This document shows positions 9,377 through 18,990 of a stretch of DNA of 64,000 nucleotides, in pieces. Below the pieces are notes generated by a model. The model was given only the letters and a program-made list of their open reading frames with translations, ran no database searches and had not been told where the DNA came from. This DNA comes from Candidatus Woesearchaeota archaeon (GTDB lineage Archaea > Nanobdellota > Nanobdellia > SCGC-AAA011-G17 > JACPNG01). Positions within the stretch are counted from its first letter, which is position 1; the number at the start of each line of letters is the position of its first letter. The stretch covers positions 5,253 to 69,252 of the forward strand of contig JACPNE010000002.1 of NCBI GenBank assembly GCA_016185615.1. The letters run 5' to 3'. The translations under genes and the position numbers were made by a program.

Positions 9377-9772
9377 CTACTTTTCTAAATCTAAAATAAG
9401 GTTATCAAAATTTACACCTTTTCTTTTAGCTATGTCATGACTGATTATATAATTGCTGCCTTTGCTTTTTTCCACTTTATCAAGGGGAAGAAAAAACCAG
9501 CCCTTATTCATCACTTTTATTCCAAACCAAGGTTCCGCTCCAAATTTTTCTGAGAATTCTCTTAATTCATTTATTCTTTCTTCTTTTATGTAAATACTAT
9601 TTTTTATGAACTTACATTCAACCGCCAATGTTTTTCCATTCTTTCCAGCCAATAAATCACATGATGGAATTGTTATTGAGCCACTGCCGGCTGTTCTTGT
9701 GACAGCAAATCCATTGTCCCAAAACAAATGTAGAAGTTCTCTCTCCGCACGAGTCCCCTTTTTCTTGCTCAT
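9377..9772 (-). CDS. hjc: Holliday junction resolvase Hjc
   Basis: 'KGTRAERELLHLFWDNGFAVTRTAGSG...DLLAGKNGKTLAVECK' matches the archaeal Hjc catalytic core. Confidence 0.85.
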   Translation of the reverse strand: MSKKKGTRAERELLHLFWDNGFAVTRTAGSGSITIPSCDLLAGKNGKTLAVECKFIKNSIYIKEERINELREFSEKFGAEPWFGIKVMNKGWFFLPLDKVEKSKGSNYIISHDIAKRKGVNFDNLILDLEK

Positions 9773-9821
9773 AAAATTTTTAGAATATTAGAATTTATAA
9801 AGATTAATAGGATGAAAGAGA

Positions 9822-9992
9822 TTATAAGTCTCTTTCTTTTAATGTATTCCTGTTATTTGCTTTGGCTCTTCTTGCAGCATCTTTTATCAAATCTTCAACC
9901 TTTTTGCTAAGAGCTTCTGCGAAATCAGATCCCACGTTGCATCCTTGCGAGAAATTTTTTATTTTACTTCTTACCACTAACATTTCAGCCAT
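9822..9992 (-). CDS. Small histone-fold-like protein (DUF1931-like), absent from ORF track
   Basis: 56-aa ORF 'MAEMLVVRSKIKNFSQGCNVGSDFAEALSKKVEDLIKDAARRAKANNRNTLKERDL' preceded by AAAGGAGGAATTAAA. The pattern resembles DUF1931 family members as I recall them. Confidence 0.55.
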   Translation of the reverse strand: MAEMLVVRSKIKNFSQGCNVGSDFAEALSKKVEDLIKDAARRAKANNRNTLKERDL

Positions 9993-10086
9993 TTTAATTC
10001 CTCCTTTGCTATTTTTTATTTAGAATTTGGATAAAGTGGGTTTATAAAGATTTTGCTAAAACCCCAAATTTTTTACTGTACAGAGG

Positions 10087-11025
10087 CTAAATCCCAAAAA
10101 TATATAATTCCATATCATTGTCACCAATCTTTATCTTATACTTTTTCAACAGCTTGAATTTTCCTTTATATTTGCTCAAATTTGTATTACTTAAGATTGT
10201 TAGACTATCTTTTAACATGATATCACATTGATAAAAAAGTTCTTTTATTCTTTTTATTGATTCATTTTTATTTCTTTGATGAACAAAAATTTTTGTTATA
10301 ATCTTATCAACTTCTTTCTTCTTGAAAGTTTTATCTAATTTCTCTATTTCTTCTTTTACTAAATTTATTTTAATCTTAGCCAGCTTGGAATTGACTTCTG
10401 CATTCTTTAGATTATATAAATTATTATCAAATCCAAATATTTTATCCCCACCAATAAATCCAGCCTCTATCAACAATGTTCCATCTCCGCAAAATGGATC
10501 AACTAATAAATCATTTTTATTATAATTAGATAATATTAAAATAGAATAAGCCAAGCATCCATTCATACTACCTTGACTGGTTCTTAACCTGTAAAATCTT
10601 TTGCATAAATCTTTCTTTATTAATTTTCCAACAAAGCAATATTCATCAATAATATCGATGTAAATTATATTATCGCTCTTTAAATTTACTTTATTACCTT
10701 TTTCATAGATTATCTCTCCAATCTCCTTTTCTAGTTCTAAAGAACTAAAGTTATGAATTCCATCCCTATTGCACCTTACAAGAAAGTCATTTTCTATACT
10801 GAATTTTATCTTTTTAATATTATTTATTAAATCTTTTTTATCCTTAAATTTAAATTTAGAAATTAACTCATAAATTGCATTAATGCTTCTTAATTCTTTT
10901 ATATCATCAGATTCAAAATAAACAATCCCTTTTGTAATTTTTTTAGAATTAATTTTATATTTTTCTTTTATCTCTTTTATAGCTGCTTCTTCCAGTCCTT
11001 TTATTGTTTTAACTATTATTTTCAT
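10087..11025 (-). CDS. THUMP-domain RNA (tRNA guanine-N2-type) methyltransferase
   Basis: N-terminal THUMP-like region followed by the SAM-binding motif 'LVDPFCGDGTLLIEAG'. Confidence 0.7.
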   Translation of the reverse strand: MKIIVKTIKGLEEAAIKEIKEKYKINSKKITKGIVYFESDDIKELRSINAIYELISKFKFKDKKDLINNIKKIKFSIENDFLVRCNRDGIHNFSSLELEKEIGEIIYEKGNKVNLKSDNIIYIDIIDEYCFVGKLIKKDLCKRFYRLRTSQGSMNGCLAYSILILSNYNKNDLLVDPFCGDGTLLIEAGFIGGDKIFGFDNNLYNLKNAEVNSKLAKIKINLVKEEIEKLDKTFKKKEVDKIITKIFVHQRNKNESIKRIKELFYQCDIMLKDSLTILSNTNLSKYKGKFKLLKKYKIKIGDNDMELYIFGI

Positions 11026-11080
11026 AATATATCTTATAATATAATAACAATTAATAAGGATAACTATTCACTTAAAAAGC

Positions 11081-11929
11081 ATGAAGAATTTTAATAAAAA
11101 AGAATTTATTGATTTTGCTTTAGAGAATAGAGTAGTTGGTTTTAAAGCTCCTCCGTTTGAACTTAACTCCGGAAGAATATCAAGTTGGTATGTAAATTGG
11201 AGAAATATTTTGAAAGATGTATACAAATCAGATATATTAACTGATTATATTATTGCATTTACTGATAGCTTAGAACTGAATCCGGATACTTTCCATGGTG
11301 TTAGAGAAGGAGCTTCTTTATTAGGTGCACTTACACAATATAAATGGGCAAAACAATCTAAAAATTATGGTCCTGAAAGTCATTCTTTTTCTATGGGCAG
11401 AGGAAAATCTAAAGATCATGGTGACCCAAAAGATAAAGACTTTGTTGGATACCCTAAGGGTAAAATAATAGTCTTAGAAGATGTAACAACTACTGCACTA
11501 TCATTATTGGAAGAAATTGTTAAAATAAGAGAAGCCGGAGAAGCTGAAATAATAGCAGTATATGGTCTTACAAATAGGATGGAAAGTACCCCGTCTATTG
11601 CAGATGGTTATCTAAAAAAAGGAGTTTATACAAGATTTGTAGATGCTTTTGAGAAAATAACTGGAAAATTTAATAGTTATGATGGAAATATGAGTGTTCA
11701 ACAAGCTTTTGAAAAACTTGGAATTCTATTTTATGCTTTGAGTGATGCTCGTGAATTATTGCCAGAAGCATTTAGAAGATTCAAACCAAATGATAAAATT
11801 TTATCGGAGTTGAAAAAACAGTTAGATAATCCTTTCGTTTCTCTTGTTTCATATTCTGAACTAATTGGACAAGATGATCTTATCAAAGATGAAAGAATTT
11901 ACAAACCAACTGTGTTTGGAAGCTCATAA
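11081..11929 (+). CDS. pyrE: Orotate phosphoribosyltransferase-like type I PRTase (long form)
   Basis: 'FELNSGRISSWYVNWR' and the PRPP loop 'KIIVLEDVTTTALS'. Immediately upstream of pyrF. Longer than typical PyrE. Confidence 0.6.
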   Translation: MKNFNKKEFIDFALENRVVGFKAPPFELNSGRISSWYVNWRNILKDVYKSDILTDYIIAFTDSLELNPDTFHGVREGASLLGALTQYKWAKQSKNYGPESHSFSMGRGKSKDHGDPKDKDFVGYPKGKIIVLEDVTTTALSLLEEIVKIREAGEAEIIAVYGLTNRMESTPSIADGYLKKGVYTRFVDAFEKITGKFNSYDGNMSVQQAFEKLGILFYALSDARELLPEAFRRFKPNDKILSELKKQLDNPFVSLVSYSELIGQDDLIKDERIYKPTVFGSS

Positions 11930-11930
11930 A

Positions 11931-12695
11931 ATGACGATTATTGAATTAACAGAAAAAGAATTATTAGCGAAAGAGAGATTATGTTTAGCTTTAGATAATC
12001 TATCAACAATAGAAGAGTTTGAAAATAGAATAAAAGAATTAAGTCCAGTTGTTGGTTTGTTTAAGATTGGAAAGGGATCATTTACAAGATTTGGCCCAGA
12101 AGCAGTTGAAATAGCTAAGAGATATACCAATGTATTTCTAGATTTAAAAGATTATGACACCCCAAATACTGTTGAAGATGTAGCATATGCTACCGCGAAA
12201 TTGGGAGTGTATATGTTTAGTGTTCATGCCCTTGGTGGGGTTGAAATGATGAAAGCAGCAGTTAAAGGAGCTAGAAAAGCTGCCGAGAATTATAAAGTAG
12301 ATATGCCGAAGATAATTGGAGTTACTATACTAACCAGCATTGATAAAGAGACAATGAATGATGAATTAAAAATAAGAGGAAGTGTTGAAGACCAAGTATT
12401 AAACTTAGCCATATATTCAGAAGAAGCAGGTTTAGATGGAGTGGTTTGTTCTGCTCTAGACTTGAGATACATTAAGGGTGCTTTAAAGAAGAATTTTATG
12501 TATGTTACTCCTGGGCTTGAATTTTATAATGAGAAAAAAAATCCTGATCAAAAAAGAGTTTTTACCCCTGGAAATGCCATTAAGGATGGTTCAACAATCT
12601 TAGTTGCTGGTAGGATTATAACTAGCTATGAAACCCCTCAAGAGAGAATAATAGCAGGACATAGAGTACTAAAAGAGATGACAGAATATTTATAA
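11931..12695 (+). CDS. pyrF: Orotidine 5'-phosphate decarboxylase
   Basis: 'LCLALD', 'FKIG', 'VFLDLKDYDTPNTV' and 'VAGRIIT' motifs. The ATG at 11931 sits 2 nt after the pyrE stop, so the track start at 11865 is probably an overlap artefact. Confidence 0.85.
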   Translation: MTIIELTEKELLAKERLCLALDNLSTIEEFENRIKELSPVVGLFKIGKGSFTRFGPEAVEIAKRYTNVFLDLKDYDTPNTVEDVAYATAKLGVYMFSVHALGGVEMMKAAVKGARKAAENYKVDMPKIIGVTILTSIDKETMNDELKIRGSVEDQVLNLAIYSEEAGLDGVVCSALDLRYIKGALKKNFMYVTPGLEFYNEKKNPDQKRVFTPGNAIKDGSTILVAGRIITSYETPQERIIAGHRVLKEMTEYL

Positions 12696-12968
12696 TTAAA
12701 TCTTAATCTCAAATTTTCTAAATTCGTTTTTATATTCTTCTTTTTTCATATCAAAATTTTTAACCTCAGCAGATATCGGACCTTTTCTGCAATACTCTAA
12801 AATAATTTTAACATTATTTTCTTCGCCTTCAAATACAGCTTCAATTCTTCCATCATCTAAATTTCTAATCCATCCTTTAATCTCTAGTTCATCAGCTTTC
12901 TTCTTGATATATGACCTAAATCCAACTAATTGAACTTTTCCAGAAATAAATACATTATATCTTATCAT
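12696..12968 (-). CDS. acyP: Acylphosphatase
   Basis: 'VFISGKVQLVGFRSYIKKKADELEIKGWIRNLDDGRIEAVFEG' is the acylphosphatase signature. 90 aa. Confidence 0.85.
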   Translation of the reverse strand: MIRYNVFISGKVQLVGFRSYIKKKADELEIKGWIRNLDDGRIEAVFEGEENNVKIILEYCRKGPISAEVKNFDMKKEEYKNEFRKFEIKI

Positions 12969-12993
12969 AAAAAAATAAAATAAAAAAAGGAAA

Positions 12994-13323
12994 TTACCTG
13001 TTTCCAGCTAATTCCCATACAGACTTAACTGCAACAACGATTGCTGCTGGTGCCATTAAAACAACAAAGTTGTTTACGACAGCCTGTAGTAAATTTCCCA
13101 AAGCTGCTGGTGGCACTAATGTCAAGTCTGCAGTACCTGCCATTACTAATGCTACTGCTGCAATTAAAAAAGAATTAACTTCCTTCTCAGTTATGTTTAG
13201 GAAACCTATTACAAGTCCCAATACAACCAAGACAGGAGCAACCCATGCGGCAGCAGGTAAGAATCCAAATATTATTGCTAATACGATTCCTACAACGAAA
13301 GCCCATGATCCGAGTTTCTCCAT
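12994..13323 (-). CDS. Small integral membrane protein (3 TM)
   Basis: Hydrophobic, Ala/Val/Leu-rich 109-aa ORF. No family recognised. Confidence 0.5.
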   Translation of the reverse strand: MEKLGSWAFVVGIVLAIIFGFLPAAAWVAPVLVVLGLVIGFLNITEKEVNSFLIAAVALVMAGTADLTLVPPAALGNLLQAVVNNFVVLMAPAAIVVAVKSVWELAGNR

Positions 13324-13420
13324 CTTTTACCTCCTTTAGGTTTTAATTATATTTGATAAACAGGAAAAAAATATTATATAAACGTTATTAACTACTAACC
13401 AGGTAGAATTATGCTTAATT

Positions 13421-13987
13421 TTATTTACCAAGACCTTTATTTGAATTTAAACTTGGTCTTATCTTCTCATAACCAAATCCTTTCCCCCTTAATCCACGGG
13501 ATTTTCTTCCAGCGCTAGTCAATCCTTTATATACTCTTCCTCTAGAATTCTCCAACCAAGACATTCCAGGATATGTTTTGACAATTTCTCTGTCTAATAA
13601 TATAATCTCATACCAATAATATCTTCCATCTTTGGCTACAAAATAAGAATTTAATACCTCACAATTTGGATACTTTTTATTTGCTCTCTCTTCAGCTACC
13701 CATTGATAACTTTTCTTTACAACCTTTTGTCTCCTCATTTTTCTTGGCTTTCTTCCGCCATGAAATCTAACTCTTTTTCTTCCACCCCTTAGTAATTTGA
13801 CTCTTACTACAACATACCCTTTTTTTGCTTTATATCCAAGATTTCTTGCTCTGTCTAATCTTGTGGGATAATCTACTTTTGTAACTGATTCTTGTCTTCT
13901 CCATTCTATCAATCTTTGTTTCCATAAATCTCCTAAATTTTTCTTAGGTTGTTTCCAGATTTCCCTTATAGACTGATACATTCCCAT
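13421..13987 (-). CDS. rpl15e: 50S ribosomal protein L15e
   Basis: '[16 protein letters not shown]...RLIEWRRQ...[23 protein letters not shown]' is the eL15 signature. Confidence 0.95.
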   Translation of the reverse strand: MGMYQSIREIWKQPKKNLGDLWKQRLIEWRRQESVTKVDYPTRLDRARNLGYKAKKGYVVVRVKLLRGGRKRVRFHGGRKPRKMRRQKVVKKSYQWVAEERANKKYPNCEVLNSYFVAKDGRYYWYEIILLDREIVKTYPGMSWLENSRGRVYKGLTSAGRKSRGLRGKGFGYEKIRPSLNSNKGLGK

Positions 13988-14104
13988 TTCATTATCCTTA
14001 AAAATTTAGTTTAAAAGCTTTTCTAATACAACTTATTTGTATTAAATTTTATAATCAACCATTTCTAGAAACTTTTATAAAACAATCTTTTCTTTAATCT
14101 TTCA

Positions 14105-14497
14105 ATGGCAGAGACAAGACAAGATTCAGCGGGTTCATTAAAACCGGGAAAATATGTAATATTTGACGGAGTCGCTTATGTTGTTAAGAGTATTGATATC
14201 TCAAAGACAGGAAAACACGGCTCTACAAAATGCAGGATTGAAGCAAGTAGTTTGATTGATAATAGGAAAGTTGTAAAAATAATTCCAAGTTCAGATAATA
14301 TTGAAATTCCAATGATAGAAAAGAAGTCTGCACAAGTATTATCCATTAGCGGAGATACAGCAAATGTCATGGATATGGAAACTTATGAAACATTTGATTT
14401 AAAAATACCAGATGATTTAAAGAATGATGTTAAAGAAGGTTCAGAAATATTATACTGGACAATATTGGATGATAAAGTTATGAAACAGGTGAAATAA
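14105..14497 (+). CDS. eif5a: Translation initiation factor 5A (aIF5A)
   Basis: Hypusination loop 'SKTGKHGSTK'. 130 aa with typical SH3 plus OB layout. Confidence 0.9.
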   Translation: MAETRQDSAGSLKPGKYVIFDGVAYVVKSIDISKTGKHGSTKCRIEASSLIDNRKVVKIIPSSDNIEIPMIEKKSAQVLSISGDTANVMDMETYETFDLKIPDDLKNDVKEGSEILYWTILDDKVMKQVK

Positions 14498-14499
14498 AA

Positions 14500-14664
14500 A
14501 TGGCAAAATTTCCAGAAGCATCTGCTAGACTCCACCAAAATATTTTTGTGTGTAAAAGATGCAAGACTAAAATAAGGTCTAACATTCAGAAGATTATGCA
14601 GAGAAAGATAACATGCAGGAGATGTAACTCAAAAGCATTTAGACCAATTAAAAAGGGTAAATAA
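14500..14664 (+). CDS. rpl40e: 50S ribosomal protein L40e (absent from ORF track)
   Basis: 54-aa ORF 'MAKFPEASARLHQNIFVCKRCKTKIRSNIQKIMQRKITCRRCNSKAFRPIKKGK' with a CxxC...CxxC zinc ribbon typical of eL40. Confidence 0.8.
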   Translation: MAKFPEASARLHQNIFVCKRCKTKIRSNIQKIMQRKITCRRCNSKAFRPIKKGK

Positions 14665-15881
14665 TGGCTTTGAATATTGATTATATTTTGTTGATAATTT
14701 TTGGATTAATTCTAATACTAGTTATGTATCTGAACAGGCATAGATTAAAGATAGAAAAATTTCTTTTCCCTTTGTTCTATATAGTTATGTATAGAACTAA
14801 AGTTGGATTGAATGCAATGGACAAATATGCCAAGAGATATCCAAGGTCTCTGGAATTTTTTGGATCATTGTCAATAATAGTTGGTTTTGTGGGGATGGTA
14901 TTTGTATTTTACGAGATACTTCTCTCTTCATATGTTATACTTTTGAATCCGACAACAGCTAATGAAGGGGCAAAATTATTACTTCCCGGAGTCCAGATTC
15001 CCGGATTGCCAAGATTATCTTTCTTTCATTGGATTATTACAATATTTGTTTTAGCTGTTGTTCATGAATTTAGCCACGGTGTTGTTGCAAGATTGTATAA
15101 TGTAAAAATAAAGTCATCTGGATTTGCTGTTCTTGGAATACTGCTTCCATTATTTCCTGCTGCTTTTGTAGAGCCTGATGAAAAACAATTATCAAAGAAA
15201 TCAAGGAAAGCACAATTAAGTGTTGCAGCGGCCGGACCATTTTCTAATTTGCTGTTGGCTGGATTTATCTTTATTGTATTACAATTTTTATTAAATCCAT
15301 TTACTGCTTCATTGGTAGAATCAAATGGAATTGTTATAACAAATCTGGACAATGAGTATCCAAGTTTTAATGCAGGAGTAAGTGTAGGAGAGAAAATAGA
15401 GGAGATTAATGGGGTTATTGTGTCTGATGTTGACGGATTTATAAATGAAGTTGAGAAGATCAATCCGGGAGAAGAAGTTGTAATAAAAACCAATAATAGT
15501 TTTTATAATTTAGTGGCGGCACAACATCCTAAAGAAAATGACAGGGGTTACCTTGGGGTCTCAGTCGCTCCAGAAAACGTCGGTTATAAAGAAGCAGCTG
15601 TAGAAAAATTCGGATTGACTTTAATAAAAGTATTCTTCTGGTTTGATTTGCTGATATATTGGCTATTCTTTATAAATCTAGTTGTAGGGTTAATCAATTT
15701 GTTTCCTATAATGATTACAGACGGTGCAAGGATGGCTTATATAGGATTATCCTTCTTTATTGAAGATGAACTAAAATTGAAAAAAGTCTGGGGATTGTTA
15801 AATATATTTTGTATCTTCTTGTTATTAGTGAATTTTTTACCATCAGTTATTAAATATTTCTTGCCAATCTTATCAGTTTAA
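14664..15881 (+). CDS. Site-2 protease family (M50) membrane metalloprotease with PDZ domain
   Basis: 'HEFSHGVVA' HExxH inside a TM helix, a central PDZ-like segment, multiple TM helices. TAATG overlap with rpl40e. Confidence 0.8.
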   Translation: MALNIDYILLIIFGLILILVMYLNRHRLKIEKFLFPLFYIVMYRTKVGLNAMDKYAKRYPRSLEFFGSLSIIVGFVGMVFVFYEILLSSYVILLNPTTANEGAKLLLPGVQIPGLPRLSFFHWIITIFVLAVVHEFSHGVVARLYNVKIKSSGFAVLGILLPLFPAAFVEPDEKQLSKKSRKAQLSVAAAGPFSNLLLAGFIFIVLQFLLNPFTASLVESNGIVITNLDNEYPSFNAGVSVGEKIEEINGVIVSDVDGFINEVEKINPGEEVVIKTNNSFYNLVAAQHPKENDRGYLGVSVAPENVGYKEAAVEKFGLTLIKVFFWFDLLIYWLFFINLVVGLINLFPIMITDGARMAYIGLSFFIEDELKLKKVWGLLNIFCIFLLLVNFLPSVIKYFLPILSV

Positions 15882-15924
15882 TCTAACCATAAAGTCTATA
15901 AATAAATACATGAACTATCAATAA

Positions 15925-16677
15925 ATGTTAGTTGATGTTCATGCACACATATACAAAGAGTATTTTAATGGAGATATCAATGAAATTATTGAAAAGGCAG
16001 AAAAAAATAATGTTGTTTCTATAATAAATGCCGGAATAAATCATGAGACGAATAAGGAAGTAATAGAATTATCAAAGAAATTCTCAATATTGAAATCTTC
16101 ATTAGGATTATATCCTTTAGAAGGAATAAAATTAGAAGAAGATCAGATAAATGAAACAATAAATTTTATTGATAAAAATAGAAATAAGATCATTGCCATT
16201 GGTGAAGTTGGTTTAGATTATCATTATATAAAAAACAAGAATAAGGAACAAAAGGACATTTTTCAAAAAATAATTAATATCGCCGAGAAATTAGATCTTC
16301 CAATTGTTGTACATTCTAGAGGAGCGGAATCAGATTGTGTTGAAATGTTAGAGTCTTCTAAAATAAAAAAAATAATTATGCATTCTTTCTCTGGAAATAT
16401 GAAATTAATAAAAAGAATCGGAGATAACGGATGGACTTTTTCTATTCCAACAAACGTTGTTTATTCTACACAATTTCAAAATATCGTCGACAAGACATCA
16501 ATATCACAAATTTTGACTGAAACCGATTCTCCATACTTATCTCCTAAAAAAAATGAACGCAATGAACCTTCAAATATAGTTCATTCAATAAAAAAGATTT
16601 CCGATATAAAAAAATTAGAAAAAGAAGAAATTGAAAAATTAATTTTTTTAAATTTTCAAAAAATTTTCATTAAATAG
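15925..16677 (+). CDS. tatD: TatD-family metal-dependent hydrolase/DNase
   Basis: 'MLVDVHAHI', 'IGEVGLDY', 'VVHSR' and 'ETDSPYL' motifs. Confidence 0.85.
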   Translation: MLVDVHAHIYKEYFNGDINEIIEKAEKNNVVSIINAGINHETNKEVIELSKKFSILKSSLGLYPLEGIKLEEDQINETINFIDKNRNKIIAIGEVGLDYHYIKNKNKEQKDIFQKIINIAEKLDLPIVVHSRGAESDCVEMLESSKIKKIIMHSFSGNMKLIKRIGDNGWTFSIPTNVVYSTQFQNIVDKTSISQILTETDSPYLSPKKNERNEPSNIVHSIKKISDIKKLEKEEIEKLIFLNFQKIFIK

Positions 16678-16748
16678 AAACCTTTTTATAGTTAAAATAC
16701 AGTAATAGTTATAGAAAATTTTTTTAAAAAACTAAGGGGTGATATTAT

Positions 16749-16817
16749 ATGGCTGCAAGAAGAAAAGCTTCAACAAAAAGAAAAGCTAAAAAGACAACAA
16801 AAAGGAAGAGGAGATAA
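16749..16817 (+). CDS. Micro-ORF encoding a 22-aa Lys/Arg-rich peptide
   Basis: 'MAARRKASTKRKAKKTTKRKRR' preceded by AAGGGGTGAT (SD) 7 nt upstream. Similar to the peptide at 50252-50299. Confidence 0.3.
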   Translation: MAARRKASTKRKAKKTTKRKRR

Positions 16818-16924
16818 TCCTCTTCTCATATATTTTTTTCTTATAATTTCTATTTAAAAATTATTTATTATTCAAATTAACGACGGGAAATCAAAATTAT
16901 ATAATCAATTTGAATTAATAACAT

Positions 16925-17509
16925 CTATATAAATAATACTTTTCCTTCATTTCCTGGATTAATGATCTTTGTTTGATTTATTTTATCGACGACACCGAAA
17001 TTTTCATGGAAATGTCCACATATAACTAATTTTGGATTTATCCTATTTATGAATTTTCTTATTGACAAATTGCCTGCATGCCCTATTCCTTTTAAAAAAT
17101 CTAATTTTGTATTATACACCGGAGCATGAGTTACTAAAACAATAATTTCATTTTTTTCTTTTTTTATATTTTTACTCCAATTTTCAAATTCCAAGTCAAT
17201 CTTTGAGAAACCACCACCACCGAATCCAATAAATGAATAATTATCTACTCTATAAATTCCTTTATGTATATAGATGAAACCATATTTTTTACATAATTTT
17301 TTTAATTCTGAACCCATCTCATGATTACCATGTATGATTAATAATGGTTTTTTAATTGCTTTTAGTTGATTAAGAACAACATCTAGATCAATGCTGAAAT
17401 TTGACAAATCACCAGCACATACAACAATATCAACTTCTTTTGATTTTTCTATAATCCTTTTTATAGAGCTTTTATTTCCATGAGAATCAGTGAAAACTAA
17501 AATTTTCAT
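16925..17509 (-). CDS. Metallophosphoesterase (MJ0936/YfcE-like)
   Basis: 'ILVFTDSHGN', 'GDL', 'GNHE' and 'CGHFH' motifs. Confidence 0.8.
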   Translation of the reverse strand: MKILVFTDSHGNKSSIKRIIEKSKEVDIVVCAGDLSNFSIDLDVVLNQLKAIKKPLLIIHGNHEMGSELKKLCKKYGFIYIHKGIYRVDNYSFIGFGGGGFSKIDLEFENWSKNIKKEKNEIIVLVTHAPVYNTKLDFLKGIGHAGNLSIRKFINRINPKLVICGHFHENFGVVDKINQTKIINPGNEGKVLFI

Positions 17510-17556
17510 AAGTTTTTTAAACTAATCCTCTTTTAATAATTAACGTTTAATGGGGG

Positions 17557-18699
17557 GTGAAGAGAGACACTCAAAAATTGAAGAAATTATTAATTTTAGG
17601 TATAGACCCAGGAACAACAACAGCTTATGCCATTCTGGATATTGATGGAAATGTTCTTGATGTAAAAAGCAAAAAACATTATAGTCCTAGTTCTTTAATA
17701 ATGGATACAGTGAAACATGGTAGGGTATTATTAGTTGGAACTGATGTTAAGAATACTCCCTTTTTTGTCAAAAAAACAGCTACCCGACTGGGAGCTAAAG
17801 TAATCTCCCCAGATTATGATCTTAAGATTAATGATAAAAAAGAACTTACAAAAGATTATAAAAATATGAATGATCATGAAAGAGATGCCTTATCTTCAGC
17901 TATTTTCGCTTTCAAAAGAAAAAAGGGCTTGTTAAATAAGGTTAATTTGTATCTTGAAAAAAACAATAGAACTGATTTAAAAAATGAAATGATGGAACTG
18001 TTAATGCTGACCCCAATAACATTAACAGAAGCATTCAATAGTCTAATCCAAGTTGATAATGAAATTAAAGTTAAAAGGAAGAGGAACAAAACAGGAATTA
18101 ATATTGAATTTAAGAAAAATGAGATTGAGCTATTGAAACAACAAAATTATAATCTAATGAAAGAAATAAATATCTTAAGAGGAAGATTAGTAAAAAAAGA
18201 ATCCGAGATAGATAATAAAATAAAAGAATCATTAAAATTTAAAGAAAAAAGAATTTCTCAATTAAGTGAAGAATCAAAAAAGTATTTAATGGAAATAAAG
18301 AAATTGAATAATCGGATATCAAAGCTCAATTCTTATCTAAGATTAACAGAGAGCCATATATTAGTGAATAAAGTTGGGAATCTAAGCAGAGATATAAACT
18401 TTAATGTTAGCAAAATTTTATTTGTAGAAAATCCAAATATTTTTAGCGAAAAATTATTTAGTAAAATGAAAGATGAGATTAGTGTAATAATTTACAAAAT
18501 AAAACCAAATGAGATCATTAATGATAGATTAAGTCAAGTATTGATAGATGTATCAAAACTTAAAATAGAAGAAGATAATGATTTTATCCTTATTGATAAA
18601 GAGTCATTGAATAATGAAATAAAAAAAACCAATCTCTTAGATAATGTTATCAAAAATTATAAAAAAGAAAGAGCTAAGCTTCAATATAGCCAAGCATAA
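17557..18699 (+). CDS. DUF460/COG2433-like protein: RNase H-fold (RuvC/YqgF-like) nuclease domain plus coiled coil
   Basis: 'ILGIDPGTTTAYAILDIDGNVLD' N-terminal motif, then a long K/E-rich coiled-coil region. GTG start is uncertain. Confidence 0.6.
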   Translation: MKRDTQKLKKLLILGIDPGTTTAYAILDIDGNVLDVKSKKHYSPSSLIMDTVKHGRVLLVGTDVKNTPFFVKKTATRLGAKVISPDYDLKINDKKELTKDYKNMNDHERDALSSAIFAFKRKKGLLNKVNLYLEKNNRTDLKNEMMELLMLTPITLTEAFNSLIQVDNEIKVKRKRNKTGINIEFKKNEIELLKQQNYNLMKEINILRGRLVKKESEIDNKIKESLKFKEKRISQLSEESKKYLMEIKKLNNRISKLNSYLRLTESHILVNKVGNLSRDINFNVSKILFVENPNIFSEKLFSKMKDEISVIIYKIKPNEIINDRLSQVLIDVSKLKIEEDNDFILIDKESLNNEIKKTNLLDNVIKNYKKERAKLQYSQA

Positions 18700-18772
18700 A
18701 TCCTTCTTCTATTTCATCTATTATATCTCCCTCTAATTGTTCTTCTATTTCTTTAGTTTCGTAGATATCCAT
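18674..18772 (-). CDS. Micro-ORF, 32-aa acidic peptide
   Basis: 'MDIYETKEIEEQLEGDIIDEIEEGFMLGYIEA' preceded by GGAGAGGTGATAAAA. Overlaps the 3' end of the convergent 17557 gene. Confidence 0.3.
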   Translation of the reverse strand: MDIYETKEIEEQLEGDIIDEIEEGFMLGYIEA

Positions 18773-18872
18773 TTTTATCACCTCTCCTTTTTTTTATGAT
18801 GCTATCATCAATCTTTAGTCTTCTTAGCTGTTCACTAAATATGTCTTCAATATATCTTGTATCAAAATTCAT
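18753..18872 (-). CDS. Micro-ORF, 39 aa
   Basis: 'MNFDTRYIEDIFSEQLRRLKIDDSIIKKRRGDKNGYLRN' preceded by AAAGGGGTGAGGAAA. Confidence 0.3.
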   Translation of the reverse strand: MNFDTRYIEDIFSEQLRRLKIDDSIIKKRRGDKNGYLRN

Positions 18873-18915
18873 TTTCCTCACCCCTTTCCAGCGTTGAGCT
18901 CATTATAACTATAAA

Positions 18916-18990
18916 TCAATAAATAGTAAGATCTCTGATTCTATATTCATCAAAATTAATATAGTTCTTACTATTTAGGATAAATTCCAT
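18916..18990 (-). CDS. Micro-ORF, 24 aa
   Basis: 'MEFILNSKNYINFDEYRIRDLTIY' preceded by TTGAGGTGAAATT. Confidence 0.25.
   Translation of the reverse strand: MEFILNSKNYINFDEYRIRDLTIY

Noticed and set aside
11865-11930. Upstream extension of pyrF overlapping pyrE
   Set aside because: The ATG at 11931 lies 2 nt after the pyrE stop and gives a normal PyrF N-terminus. The extension is read from the pyrE 3' coding region in another frame.
13070-13339. Track ORFs antisense to membrane-protein genes (13070-13339 +, 15062-15493 -, 48538-48963 -, 49770-50078 -, 42252-42743 +, 50458-50778 +)
   Set aside because: Each is nested opposite a CDS with clear family motifs. Hydrophobic-codon-rich genes commonly leave the complementary frame open. 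None has start signals.
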